Source of the DNA: Kondoa subrosea
Taxonomy: Eukaryota
Direction of reading: 5' to 3'
Assembly: GCA_039545335.1 (NCBI GenBank)
Contig: BCIN01000005.1
Coordinates: 958,641-1,022,640 of the forward strand
Length of the DNA stretch: 64,000 nt
Part shown: one piece after another, positions 36,056-48,874 of the stretch
Layout of the letters: each line of letters opens with the position of its first letter
Numbering within the stretch: the first letter of the stretch is position 1
Notes under the pieces: model-generated
The model's database searches: none
Seen by the model: the letters and a program-made list of their open reading frames with translations, nothing else
Told to the model about the DNA's origin: nothing
Position numbers and translations under genes: made by a program

Positions 36056-38506
36056 ATGACTTCCAGCATGTCTGTGCCAGACTTGGAAGCACATCTTGCT
36101 GTCCTGCAAAAGCCAGAGAGGCCTTCGAACAGCGAGATGATGATAGCTGCACAAGCTGTAGCAGACAACCTGCGCACAAGTTCGCTTCTTTTCCTTCTGT
36201 TTATCTGTGAGATTGTCTATTTATGCAATTATGTGCATAGGCGAGTTGAGGGACGCTTTTACCGAATCTTTCTTCACTGCGACCTCTTTCCTTCTGCTTT
36301 CCCAAGAAACTCAAATACAAGCGGAAACTCAGCTGCTTCGAGCAGTCGGCAATTCTTGCATAGATCATGGTAGGTTCTCTTCATTTGAGAAGATCTAAAT
36401 TCATGTCTTTCGAAGAGGCCAACCGAAAGCACTGTATCAAGAGCGATCTGCACACGAGTATCCTTAACATCATAGAGGATTTCAATTCACGAGAACAGCT
36501 GGATACAGATCAGCTCAAATGCTTGAAAGCAGCTACTGGAACGCTTCTGAACCTGATCATGGATTGCTGTAAATACCTTACACGATTAAGGTGGTTTGTC
36601 GATCTAATTCGTGCATATAGTGCCAGCACAAAAAGCAGTAGTCGAAGCCCATGGTCTTCCTATCTTGCTTTCAACGATCGATCCCAGTCCTGCGCATGGC
36701 TCTCCGCTCTACGTACCGGATTCTTGGGCTGCCGAGACCCCAATCAAGGCAAAGACACAAGATCTGGAAACCGCTTCAACTATTTCCCTTTGGTCGTTGC
36801 GTATTTTGGAAGAGCTAGCTTCAAACAGTTGAGTTGTCCGCAATTGCTCAGACTCGCTCTGATGTAGCTTGCGTCAATTTAACAGAAAAGAAGATTTTCT
36901 CCTCCGCTCAATTCCAATGCCTGCCTATCGCTTCGCTACTCACCTCACTAGAATCTGCTACCGTTTCCTCCTCCTCTGACGAATCTATCGCATCGGCAGA
37001 AACAGACTGCTCTATCCTACTCATCGCAGCTGAACTCTTAGAATCTCTATCACTCGATATCGCTTCCGTCCGAAAAGAACTAGGCCTTTCTTCCTTCTTA
37101 CTAAAACAACTGTTTGATTTCGTCGAACTTACTCCTGTACCTTCTTCTTGGCCTTCTGAAACAGATGAAGAAGGAAGCATGATGAGGAAAACTTGGGGTA
37201 ACATTAAAGCTGCTGTTTCTCGTTCGGTTATTGCTTGTGCTAGTCAAGATGAAGTCATGGACCGAGTCTTTGTTGCTGATCAAGGGAAAGAAGGAATGAG
37301 CTGGGTTATTGAGAGATTGAGCGGTTGGTTGCAGCAAAAGGAAAGAGGTGATCTGGTCATTTGCGCTAGTGTGATGTTGGCGAATTTAGCTAGATCAGGT
37401 GAGTGATATCGCTTACCTCATGATCTTATGCTAAATGATAGTTACAGATGCACACTGCGTCACATTAGTGCAGAAGTATCAGATTGTACCGACTTTGGCG
37501 AATCTGCTACGCGAACGAAGCGAAGAAGACGCAATGGTACCTGGCAAGAACGCACCTGGAGAAAAGTATCAAATCCTGCATGGTGTAGTCAGCTTGCTCA
37601 AGCATTTAGCAATACCAGGTCAGTGAGAAGAAAGAGATTTCAGCTTCATGCTGATTCTATCTCGTCTTGTATTGACAGCCACAAACAAAGAAACTCTCGG
37701 TCAAGCTGACATTATGCAATCTACTGCGTCTCTGTTACAAGATTCTTACGATATAGCCCAACCAGTTCAAATAGCAGCTATCGGTTTACTGAAACATCTC
37801 ACACTTTCTTCTTTGTCCAATTGTCTTTCCTTCCTATCGGTCAACACATCACTTGAATACTTACTTAGCATCATCAGCCGGTCTGATGAACTTCGGCTGA
37901 AAAGCGAAGGCAGTCGAATCCTTGTCAATTTGATTCATACACTTTGGTCTAAATCTGTATCGGAAGAGGAGAAGAACAAATTAGCGAGGAACGATCAGGT
38001 GTATATCGCTTTGGCTGGGATGATCAGGTCGAGCGCGAAATACATTGTTCTGGTCAATCAAGGCGTTACCGCTATGGCTTTACTAGCTACAAGCAGTCAT
38101 TCTGCAGGTGAGCAATATGCGGAGGAAGCGTTTTGCGAGCTGACACTTCTCTCCAGCTGAACAAGTCGCTTCCCAGCTCTTACAAGTTTCTACACCCATA
38201 GCTTCGGTCGATGAAACACCAAAAGAAGAAGCATCTATTGCTCGATCGAATTCTTCCTCGCATGAGAAAACAGCTGAATCCGCTTCAGCTCTTCTAGTCG
38301 ATACCCTTTCTTCTTCCAAAGTAGCTCCTGAAATCCGATTGAACATTCTTCAACTTTTACAGATCCTCTTCACTTCTCTTCCAAAAGATTCAAGTAATTG
38401 GAAAGAACTGAAAGCGGCGTTTGAGAAAGCTATAAGAATTGTTTCGGAAGAGAAGGATGAGAAACTGGTCGAGAAAGCTCATCAGATTCTGAAATTGCTT
38501 GACTAG
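36056..38506 (+). CDS. ARM-repeat protein, SmgGDS/Bem4-like
   Basis: LLRAVGNSCIDH, AATGTLLNL, ICASVMLANLARS|DAHC, ILHGVVSLLKHLAIP|ATNK, LKSEGSRILVNLI. Confidence 0.75.
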
Positions 38507-38594
38507 GGGGAAGCTCACTGTATAGTTATATGGACTATTTCGACTTGCGTCTACTAAAATTGTACGATAAGATCCAATATAGACGGGAGAAAGT

Positions 38595-39461
38595 TCAAAC
38601 TTGATGTGAATGAGGATTAGACTTGAGTTTCGCAGCTTCTTCATCAAGTAATTCTATATTGGCTGAACATTCTTCCAATTGCTTCTTAAGAGTTGCAGCA
38701 TATTCTTTGTCGTCCACTTTTCGTACAGGTGAATAAGCTAACAATCGATCTTTTAATGAAGGTTTTGACTCTGCTTTCTCTTTTACTTGAATAGGTTCAG
38801 GTTTAGGTAAAGAAGATTTGGATAGGAATGTTATTCGAGCCAAGTAAAGTTCATTGAGCCCTAGTTGGAGAACAGAACAGCCCAGAGCGAAAGTCAAAGC
38901 TCCAGGTATAAGTTTCCTTCTCCCGCCTGTCAGATGACGTCTCACTTCAGCTCGCTAATGAGCAAAGCAGAAATAATCACTGACGTGCATAACCAGCTAG
39001 TAATGCTCCAGCGCCAAATCCAGATATTCCTGATTGAACGAGATTCGTCGTATGAGGATTTATCGAAGCTGGTAATTGACCTTCTGCCACCAAGTAGCGA
39101 GTAGTAGGTATGGCGACATATTCCCTTAGGGCTACTCGTCGTCTCAGATCCAATCTCGACAAAACAAAAAAAGACAAGGACAAACAGAAGAAAGCGAAAG
39201 CGAAAACCCCAGTACTTAGAGCTGAAGTGAATGCAGCAGGAATAGCAGGAATATTCTTCTTCAATCCTATCAGACTGCCAATACCGCCAGCTACCGCGCC
39301 TAATCAGAATTTCGTAACATGAGTTGCATGAAATTTGGTCCAAGTGATTGCTGGAACTTGCCTGTGATGAGGGTTCGCGAAACGACTCTGAGAGGTGCTT
39401 GGGTATCTATATACTGCAAGGCAGGTGTGGCAGAAGCGGATGTCGCTTCAATCTCTGACAT
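38595..39461 (-). CDS. Tim17/Tim22/Tim23-family membrane protein
   Basis: ITG|AVAGGIGSLIGL, GVFAFAFF, SGISGFGAGALLAG, LIPGALTFALGCSVLQ, SPVRKVDDKEY; the first intron is GC-AG (39300-39361). Confidence 0.7.
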
Positions 39462-40245
39462 TGGTTCGAGGTCAACAATCACGCAGGCCACGGTGAGCGG
39501 TTCCTGCTAAGACATCGAGTGTTCCGTAGTCGACACAGCAGACTCTGCTGCAGCCGAAGTGCTCAAATTTCGCAGCACTTGACAGTCCTGTACATGACAG
39601 GCCTATACATGACCTTATCCGAAGATCCCTCGACTATCCCGCAGACGATTTCCTTCTCATACAGATCCTTGCTTTCCAGTCTCTGCACCAAAGCTGATGA
39701 ATATAGCTTCAGCCGTAGACACGTGATCAATCCAATAGGGATAGTAGAAAGATGTTCAGCAGCGCCGGATCTTAGCTGGTGCAGAGCTTCGAATTGTAGA
39801 ATGGATGCTCCAAGCACTGATATCCTCTTCGTGTAAATTGCTAAGCGCTTTGCTGAAATTGAGCTTCAAACCGTGTTTGACAACATTGCCAGAGACATGC
39901 GAGGTTTGCAGAATATGTGAGAGAACGAGTCAATTTGCGACGTTGGCACGGTGGTTTGAGAGTGCCATATGATATGGTCGAAAGTCTGTTCCAAGCTGGC
40001 ATAAAGTCTCGATTTGGATCACTCGATTTATCCAATATCTTCGCGTACTTCAATTGGAGAAGTATCAGAGAAAGCGTGGTAAAGCCAAAAGTGAAGGATG
40101 GGTGAAGCGAGAAGTGCCGAATGGAATTCAGTGTCTTTTGGCCAGCTATTCCGAAACAACATTGCCTTCGTAGCTTCGGTCACACACTACTTACAGCGAT
40201 CATTTCCGGCTCGTAGTATCAAGGTGTATGACAGGACACTCACTC

Positions 40246-40779
40246 TTAAGCAGTTTCAGCTCTAGCCTTTATCCCTTCATTGAACTTCCTAAACCCATCT
40301 TCAACATCTTTAACCATTCCTGTCCAGTTCATTACTGCACTGATCGGAACAGCCAAAGGACCATAAAACTCTTCTCTTTGCCTCAATCGAATCATTCCAT
40401 CCTCTTCTTCACTCAAAACGAAATAATGCCTTCCTTCCAAATACCCCATAAATGGTTTCACAGCGGAAGCGAAACCTGTTTCGTCTGCTTGAACAATCTC
40501 ACGAACCATGTTTAATCTGGGTAGTGAGACCTTGATCGATTCTCCTATTGCGATCTTGGCAGGTGAACCATCTGGAGCAGTGAGACTCTTGATAGTAGGA
40601 CTCCAACTTGGATAAGAAGAGAAATCGTATAGGACAGCTCTGACTTTATCGAGAGGCGCAGAGATCAGAGTGGAAGTGTCTACTGTATGTGTCGGAGGAT
40701 GGGAAGAATTGATCTCTGTATGATGGTGTCAGTGTTTCGAGGATCTAACAGCGAGGTAGATCAACCGACCAATAGGCAT
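40246..40779 (-). CDS. SRPBCC/polyketide cyclase-dehydrase-like protein
   Basis: TSTLISAPLDKVRAVLYDFSSYPSWSP...GRHYFVL...LRQREEFYG...GFRKFNEGIKARAE. Confidence 0.85.
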
Positions 40780-40952
40780 TTGCTGTTGCTCCTGCGATCA
40801 GCGCCCTGTATCCAAAGATTCGATCTCGCTGTATTGCTCCAAGTTGGAGCTCGTTGGAGACAGACGTCCAATTGGCGATTGTCTACTGCTGTGATACCTC
40901 TGCCACAAGCTGCTCTGCTGCATAGAGTCTCTCCATTTGCTTTTCCATCACA

Positions 40953-42269
40953 ATGCCATACACTCTAGCGATTTTGGGCGAGTTGCATTGAATCCTGTCA
41001 ATGTCGAATTTAGAGCTCAGTAGTCCATAATACCTAGGATTCGGAACTATGGGCACTGCCATAGTGTCTGGAGTGGTAGATTCTTTGGCTCATCCATCCC
41101 AAACGAACGGGACTGCAACATCAGAATCAACACCTTCATCTAGCTTAACCTTGGATCCTTCTTCAGACTCAGTACCTAATAAGTTCATCGCTTGTGTAGC
41201 TAGGGAAGAGAGTGTGAGGAGATTGCGCAAGATATGGAAAGATCAAACCAATTTGGAAGTGATTGCTGGCGATAATGTGACTGCTGTTTCTAAAGCAGAT
41301 GTAGTCTTGCTAGGGTCAGTTGCGCTCTTGAAAGATACGTGTATCTATTTTGAGTACGCCAAATGACAGGTGCAAACCGCAAATGGCTGAAGCGATATTG
41401 ACTGCTCAAGGAATGTCAGAAGCTCTGGAAGGCAAGCTGGTCATCTCAATATTAGCGGGAACAACACTCGCTCAATTACGGTCATGGACCCCATCTTCTG
41501 CTCGAGTATTACGAGCGATGCCGAATACTCCTTGTAAAGTACGAAACTGGTTTAGTATCCTTCCAAAAGATATGTTTCTAACACTGGTACGAATAGATTC
41601 GAGAAGGCATGACTGTATTATCTACTATCCCACCTTCTGCACCTTTAGCAAACTTAGATCGATCCATCGCACTGTCCTTATTTCAACCAATAGGGAAATG
41701 TAGATTCTTGGAAGAGAAGCATTTTGACGCTTGTACAGCTGTCTGTGGATCTGGTCCAGCTTTCGCTTTACTCGTGCTGGAGGCTATGGCGGACGGTGGT
41801 GTAATGATGGGTCTACCAAGAGTTGAGGCTTTGGAATTGGCTGCTCAAAGTAAGGGCTTTGATCTGAGAGAGACGGCGAGGAGGCTGACATGGAGACAGC
41901 TATGCAAGGAGCCGCACGAATGGTCTTGCAATCAGGTACGGAACTGGCGAAGATTTCAGTAACAATCTGATACCTTTCCTTCTTGATTCGTCCAGGCTTG
42001 CATCCAGCTGCTATCAAGGATAGTGTCACTAGTCAGTCTTCTTCCATCTACTCTGTGGACCCGATCTAATACCCGATTAACAGCTCCGGGAGGATGCACA
42101 ATAGCAGGACTATTGACGTTGGAGGATGGGTCAGTCGACTATCACTTTTGCTCCATGCGTAGCTTAGGGTGTCGGTTCTGATAGACGAGTACGAAGTACA
42201 ATGGCGAGGTGTATACAGACAGCAACGCAAACTGCTGCTTCGCTGGGTCAAGCGGTGTCGAAGAAGTAG
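40953..42269 (+). CDS. PRO3: Pyrroline-5-carboxylate reductase
   Basis: LAILG|FGTMGTAI, CKPQ, ISILAG, RAMPNTP, CGSGPAF, ADGGVMMGLPR, TPGGCTIAG-type motif; the first intron is GC-AG (40978-41037). Confidence 0.95.
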
Positions 42270-42427
42270 AATGCAATGCTTAGCATGATAAATTCCATCA
42301 TATAGCTGAAAGAACAGCTGTGGAATCTGCTAGCCAAGATCTTGCCGAAGGATGCAAACGCATTTCAGATTAATACTCAGCCTGGTTGATCTCAACGACG
42401 ACATGCATTGATACCCTTCTCTGGCGA

Positions 42428-43803
42428 ATGATTCTGCTCTCGTCTACACCTTATACCATCTTACTACGTGTATATCTCAGGAAAGTACTGCTTCTCGGCC
42501 TGCTGTTTCTGTGTACAAGGCCAATATCGCTAGGAAGAGCTGAGGCTTCTGTGGAATCAGCTGCAACAGAGAGCAAGTCTGTTAGCCTTAATGATACGCC
42601 TCGCGTTCCAGCAGCTACCCTGGGTCCTACCTCAAACGAATTTCACGAATCAGTCATCTTGCTGGAACCCAAGTTGACGAATAACGCATCGCCTTCAATT
42701 GCTCGGCCTAATGCCGCAGAATTATTATCTCCACACGGTAGTACACCTTCAGACATCCCACATTTCTTTGCAACCGATATCTCGGTCTCAAGCGCACCAA
42801 GAGCGACTCAAGCTTTACCGACAGTAGCGACAAGCACTTCTCTTCCTACTGCATCAGATCGAGACCCTTATTGGTCTTTCTTCCTTATCATGCACGCGTT
42901 GATTGCTCACCAAATGATGGCATTAAACTTAGAAAATTACATTCTTCACAAAGAAGCAACTAATGGTCCAGCAATACGGTTTAAGACTAAACCAAATACT
43001 TGGAAGAAAAGAAGTATTCGAATTTGCTATCATGCTAGGCAATTCATGAAACGGCATGGTGTTATCGGCGGAGTTCTGTTAGGTTTGATCGGATTGTTGG
43101 GCAGCGTGTTATGGTATACTCTTACGGGAGATCATGGCTGGAAAGTGTATCCACCTCTCGCTTACACTATTCTTCTCGAAGTAGGTTCTCAATGCGAGCG
43201 GAAAGAATGTCGCTCAGAAAACAAGCAGGTCATTGGCTGCTTTATCGTTCTTCTATATCCACTTCAACATGTAATTCCTTTCAATCGCAATTCTCCTTCT
43301 CTATTCATGCTCAATCCATCATGGTTCGTTACTCAATTGAATCAAGCAGCCAATTTCATCCTATCTTTCTTACAATTCTCGATCCTTCTTTCTCACCCTA
43401 GCAAAGCATCCCTTTCAGCACTCAGCATTCAGATCTTCTTCTGTCTAGTATCGATCATAACACGAACGGTTGATTTATATCTGCTATACAAACAGATGAC
43501 GAGAGGGTTCACAAGATTGCGATTTGTTCAAAGTACTTTTCCAGCACCAGTACGGACAGTCAATTCAGAAGCAGATGAATGGATCTGTGCTGTATGCTTT
43601 GAATCGGCCATGGACAGGAGGAGATGTCTTTTAAGATGTACCCATGTGCGTTCTCGAAGCACGTAGGACAAGCAAAGCATGGCTGATCTCATATTTGACA
43701 GATTTTGCATGCTGATTGTCTCTTCAATTGGTATACTACGAACTCGCACACCAAGGCGGCCAGCTGTCCTCTATGCTTCACTTCTTTGCCTCGACCAGAA
43801 TGA
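42428..43803 (+). CDS. Multi-pass membrane RING-H2 E3 ligase-like protein
   Basis: Several TM segments, then CAVC...LRCTH|ILHADCLFNW...SCPLC. Confidence 0.8.
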
Positions 43804-44092
43804 ACAGGAATCGTAAATGTATACCTCGTATGTATGACTTGTATTAACATCTCCTAATGTTGTAATATGTAACATGTAATTCATCTATGCATTGTAACGC
43901 TGTACTTGTACATCCATCTTTGACGCGAGAAACTCAATGTTGATTCGAAACGATACACATTGCGAGAATTGTCTTGTAGCAGTGTAATACCAGACAGGGA
44001 ACTCTATACCAGTACTCTCGCGATATCAGAGTCTCCAGGACGTAAAGACTTAGATTACTTGCAAGTTCGCGACGCACCTACCTCTGCCAGTC

Positions 44093-47000
44093 ATGGCCAG
44101 TAAAGAAGCAGGCAACAATATCAAAGTAGTCTGCAGGTCAGTCCCTGTCACTACCTCATCATGCTGATATATAGACTTGATCGCTGGTGACACAGATTTC
44201 GACCACCTAATGCATTGGAATTACGCGAAGCTGGCAATACTTCTGTAGTTCAAATAGATGACACAGGTACTACTGTTAAACTTAAGAGTCAAGAAGGTAC
44301 CAAAGGACCAGAAGCGAATGGTTTTACGTTTGACAAAGCTTTCGATATTGGGACACAGCAGGAGGAAGTGTTTGAGTATGGCGTAAGATCAATAGTCGAT
44401 GGTCAGTCCGACTCTACACATGCTCTGTGAGCTGCGTGGAGCTGAGAGAGATTGACAGATGTAATCAATGGCTATAATGGAACGGTCTTTGCTTATGGTC
44501 AAGTGAGATTGGTGCTATCATGCAATGCACTAAGCTAATCTGAACTCAATAGACTGGTTCGGGAAGTACGTCCAGTACCTAAGCTGTCGCATTCAGAGCT
44601 GATTCATAAGCAGAAACATTCACCATGATGGTAAGCCAATCTTGTCCTGGGCAAAGAAATGAAGTGAACAATGCTTGCAGGGAGCTGATATCGATAACCC
44701 TTCCCTACGTGGTCTGATTCCACGTATCACTGAACAAATCTTTCAATCCATCATGTCTTCACCTGCTAATCTCGAATACTTGGTAAAAGTCAGCTATATG
44801 GAAATCTACATGGAACGCATCCGAGATCTCTTAGCACCTCAGAATGATAACCTACAAGTTCATGAGGAGAAACAGAGAGGGGTTTATATCAAAGGATTAT
44901 CGGATTTCTATGTTGGTAGTGCAGCGGAAGTATACGAGATCATGAAGCAGGGTGGATCTGCTAGAGTTACTAGCTCGACGAGTACGTCTTCCATCTCCCT
45001 ATCATGAATAAGTTGCTGGGCTAATGGGAAATGTGAAGTCATGAATGCCGAATCCTCTCGCTCTCACTCGATATTTGTCATCACAATCTCGCAGCGGAAT
45101 CTGGAGACTGGATCACAAAAGAACGGAAATCTCTACTTGGTCGATCTGGCCGGTTCGGAAAAAGTTGGCAAGACTGGCGCAAGCGGTCAAACTCTTGAAG
45201 AAGCAAAGAAGATCAACAAATCCTTGTCTGCTTTGGGAATGGTTATCAACGCTTTAACGGATGGCAAAGTGAGTACGAACCGATATTGTTGAGCCTCATG
45301 CCCATTCCACACTTTCTTCTATTCACAGTCAACCCATATTCCTTATCGAGACTCAAAACTCACTCGTATCCTGCAAGAATCGCTTGGAGGTAATTCCAGA
45401 ACTACACTTATTATCAACTGCTCTCCATCCCTCTACAATGAACCTGAAACGCTTTCAACTTTGCGTTTCGGTATGAGGTAAATCCCCTTTTCTCTAAGTT
45501 GCGCATATGTCTCACTTGCAGTTCAGGGCTAAATCCATCAAGAACAAAGCTAGAGTCAATGCTGAACTCTCACCTGCCGAACTTAAAGCAATACTCAAGA
45601 AAGCTCAGAAAGACGCCTCGAATTCCGCTTCTTACATTGCTCTGTTAGAGGCTGAGATCTCAACATGGCGATCAGGCGGGCAAGTGGAAAAATCTGACTG
45701 GGTCACTATGGATAAAGCTATCAATGGTTCTACTCTACCAATCCCTGCTAATAATTCAAGACAAGACTCACCTACTTTGTCTAGTCGACCTTTCACTCCT
45801 GTCAACCCTGCTCTCGAGGCATTGAGAGAGGACACATCGAGACCTGAAACTCCTACGAGTGTTGCGCTTGATAAGGATGAGAGGGAAGAATTCTTAGCCA
45901 GAGAGAATGAGTTGTCCGATCAGCTGGCTGAGAAGGTAAGTGTCTTTGCAATATGGCGAGAATACTGTCTGATCTGGTATACAGGAATTGGCTCTGGTCG
46001 CTAATGAAAAGGTCATGCGAGATATTAGAGAAGAGCTCAATATATACAAAGAGCAAGGATCGACTTTAAGCAAGGCGAGTATCATCCCGACTCCTACGTA
46101 TGAATGTGTACTTATGTGATCGCCCTGAATTTGCAGGACAACAAAGATCTATCGATGGAAATCAGTGACATGCGCTTGACGCTTGAACGAGTTCAATGCG
46201 ACAGCAAAGAGAGTGCAATCACCCTTGATGCTGTTCGTGAACAGAATACAGAACTTTCAACCGAGATCGAAGAATTGAGGGTCAGTCAGATCCTACTGAT
46301 ATTATATCACGATTCTATTGAATTCCTTTAGCGGACAATCAACGAGCTCAAAGTCTCGCAAAAAGGATTCTCGCAAGAAGGCAAGGAAAAGAAGAAAGCT
46401 GAGAAACTTGCTGCACTGATGGGCAACTTTGATGGCGTACGCAATATCATGTAGCACATGATCAGTTGATTCTGATATGCCTCTTTGAACCGTATACAGG
46501 GCGCTATCTCGGAGAAAGAGGAGCAAATTCGAGCGACACTGGATAAACTGGACCAAGCTCTAGACAGCTCGAAGCCTTTGTCTGTCGAAGATATTACTCT
46601 TCTGCGGCGACAGCTCAAAGACAGCCAAACCCTTGTCATTGAGCAACAAGATCGACTGAAACAAACAGCAGACGAATCCGATGCATTGTCAAGGCGGCGA
46701 GATGAACTCGAAAGTCGCTTATCCACTTTAGAACAAGATTACGAAGAGTTACTAGGTCAAACGATCTCGACTGAGGACCCGACACAACTGGACTCCAATA
46801 GTGACGCAATGCGGAATTTGAGGACCAAGTTGGAAGCTCAATATGCTCAGAAACGAGATGCTGCTTTGAGCGAAACTACCGAGTTGAAAGTTCAGCTTGA
46901 GAGCAAGACGCAAGAAGCAAAACAGCTGCAAGCTTCGATCGAGATGAAAGAGGGCGAGATTGATGAACTCAAGGTAAAGGCATTTAGATTCTGCAGTATG

Positions 47001-47941
47001 TCGAAGCTAATAGTATTTTCAGCGCGCTTTTGCTATCACTGCAGCGGGTATTGAAGGTGGCAAAAACCTGGCTGAGAGTGCCAAAGATATGGAACGAATC
47101 CGCAGGACTATGGCGACTCAACTTGAAGACTTTGATCTGATGAAGAAAGCGCTGATGAAGGATCTGCAAGAGCGCTGTGAGAGAGTCAGACAATCCAATC
47201 AGGTCCGACAGAGCTTTTACTGATCATGCCTACAGGTTGTCGAACTGGAGATCTCGCTCGATGAAACCAAAGAGCAATATAATACTTTGGTTAAAGCTAG
47301 CAATACCAGAACACAAGAGAAGAAGATGGCTTTCCTCACTCGTAACTTGGATCAACTAGTTGGTATCCAGAAGCAAGTATGTTATGTTGAATTTTGATCA
47401 GACAAACGTGATTGATGGTATTACAAAAGCTGGTCGAACAGAACGGCGCACTCAAGAAAGATGTTGGTCTTGCTGAGCGTAAACTGCTAGCAAGAAACGA
47501 GCGGATACAAGGTCTTGAAGTTCTGCTGCAAGATGCTCAAGCCAAAATGGATAGCCAGAACGCTCGCTTCTCTGCTCAGATGGAAGAAGTTCGCAAACGC
47601 CTAGCAGATGCCAAAGGTGAATTTATTGCGTATAGAGATGTTGGTCCAAAGCTAATGACGCAGCAGATGCTCAAACTACTCGCCCGAATGGAGGTTTATT
47701 ATCGAGTTTCGGTAGATTAGCCAAACCTATTAGAGGTCAAGGAACAGCAGATGCGCTACCTCAGTGAGTGCTGTGCTTTATCGGGCTCCTCGAGTTCTGG
47801 TCTTTGTCTGTGTACTGATTTAATTTCTTTGCAGAATGCCAACACCGGTCAAAAGCTCTGCAACAGCGAAATCGTCATGGTTCTAGTACGTTCATCTCTA
47901 TATCTGAGACCGAGCTGATCCTAAGCCTTTACAGTGCGTGA
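44093..47941 (+). CDS. KIN1: Conventional kinesin heavy chain (kinesin-1)
   Basis: [67 protein letters not shown], coiled-coil stalk, LAKPIRG tail, KSSWF. Confidence 0.96.
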
Positions 47942-48874
47942 TCCGTAAATCGGTCGCGTGTCATTTCAGCATATTCGTTCTGTGTTCTTTCTGGTGAAAA
48001 GTAAGCTTCAGGTAAGCGTCTAGATCAATGTAGCATATCGATATCATTGCATTCATACAAGATACAAAGAGTTCGAGAACAAGTTCAAGCGGAACCGGCT
48101 GCATTAGACGGGAAGAGCTCAGCAAAAAAGAGACCTTTTTCTGCAAAAGCCACGCAACTTTCTGTGAATACTCCCTGCTGTCCCTTAGACTGTATATATC
48201 CAAGCAGCACCTCTCCAACAAACACTCATCGGCCTTTGACCACGTCAAAAGCGTTACGAAATAATCAATCTCAGAAAGACTTCGGACGACATCTGATCTT
48301 TCAGCTGAACTCACTGCTAGAAACTCGGCTCTCTTCCCACAACTTCCCGTACTCCTCTGTGAAAAGCGTGTCCAAACTTGCCTTCAACCTGTGCATCGCT
48401 TTGTTCTCCAAATTATCAGAAAAGTGTCAATCTATCCGTTCAAGGTAGGTACCCTCTGCATGGCTAGCTTCAGCTTTTCTCGCAAGACACGTTTCACTTT
48501 TCTTTTACTCATGCGCTTTATCTTCTATCTTGACAGTATCCAAGTGTCTTTGTTCAGCCAACACACATAACAGCTTGAAAGTCTGGTGCTTGATATACTT
48601 TCTGCACAGCTCGTGAGTCTTCTACCTCCGCTCTTCTAATTTAAGATCATCTGACCGCTCTGTCTTCATTGCGTTCTCTAGCTCACAAACCTTGTCGGTT
48701 TTCGCTACCTCATATCGGCACGGCGAACGTCATACCAGCCAATAATAACTATATGTACGTTCTCTCCATCATCGTGCTGTGCAAATTTTCGATTTTATTC
48801 ACGTAATACTCTCGTGTTTCTAGAAATCAACCTCAACCCCCAAAAAGTTCATACATCAAGTAAACCAATCCCAA

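Noticed and set aside
39519..40230. Possible degenerate gene between the Tim17-like and SRPBCC genes
   Set aside because: All frames are interrupted and there is no family motif; cannot be supported from sequence alone.
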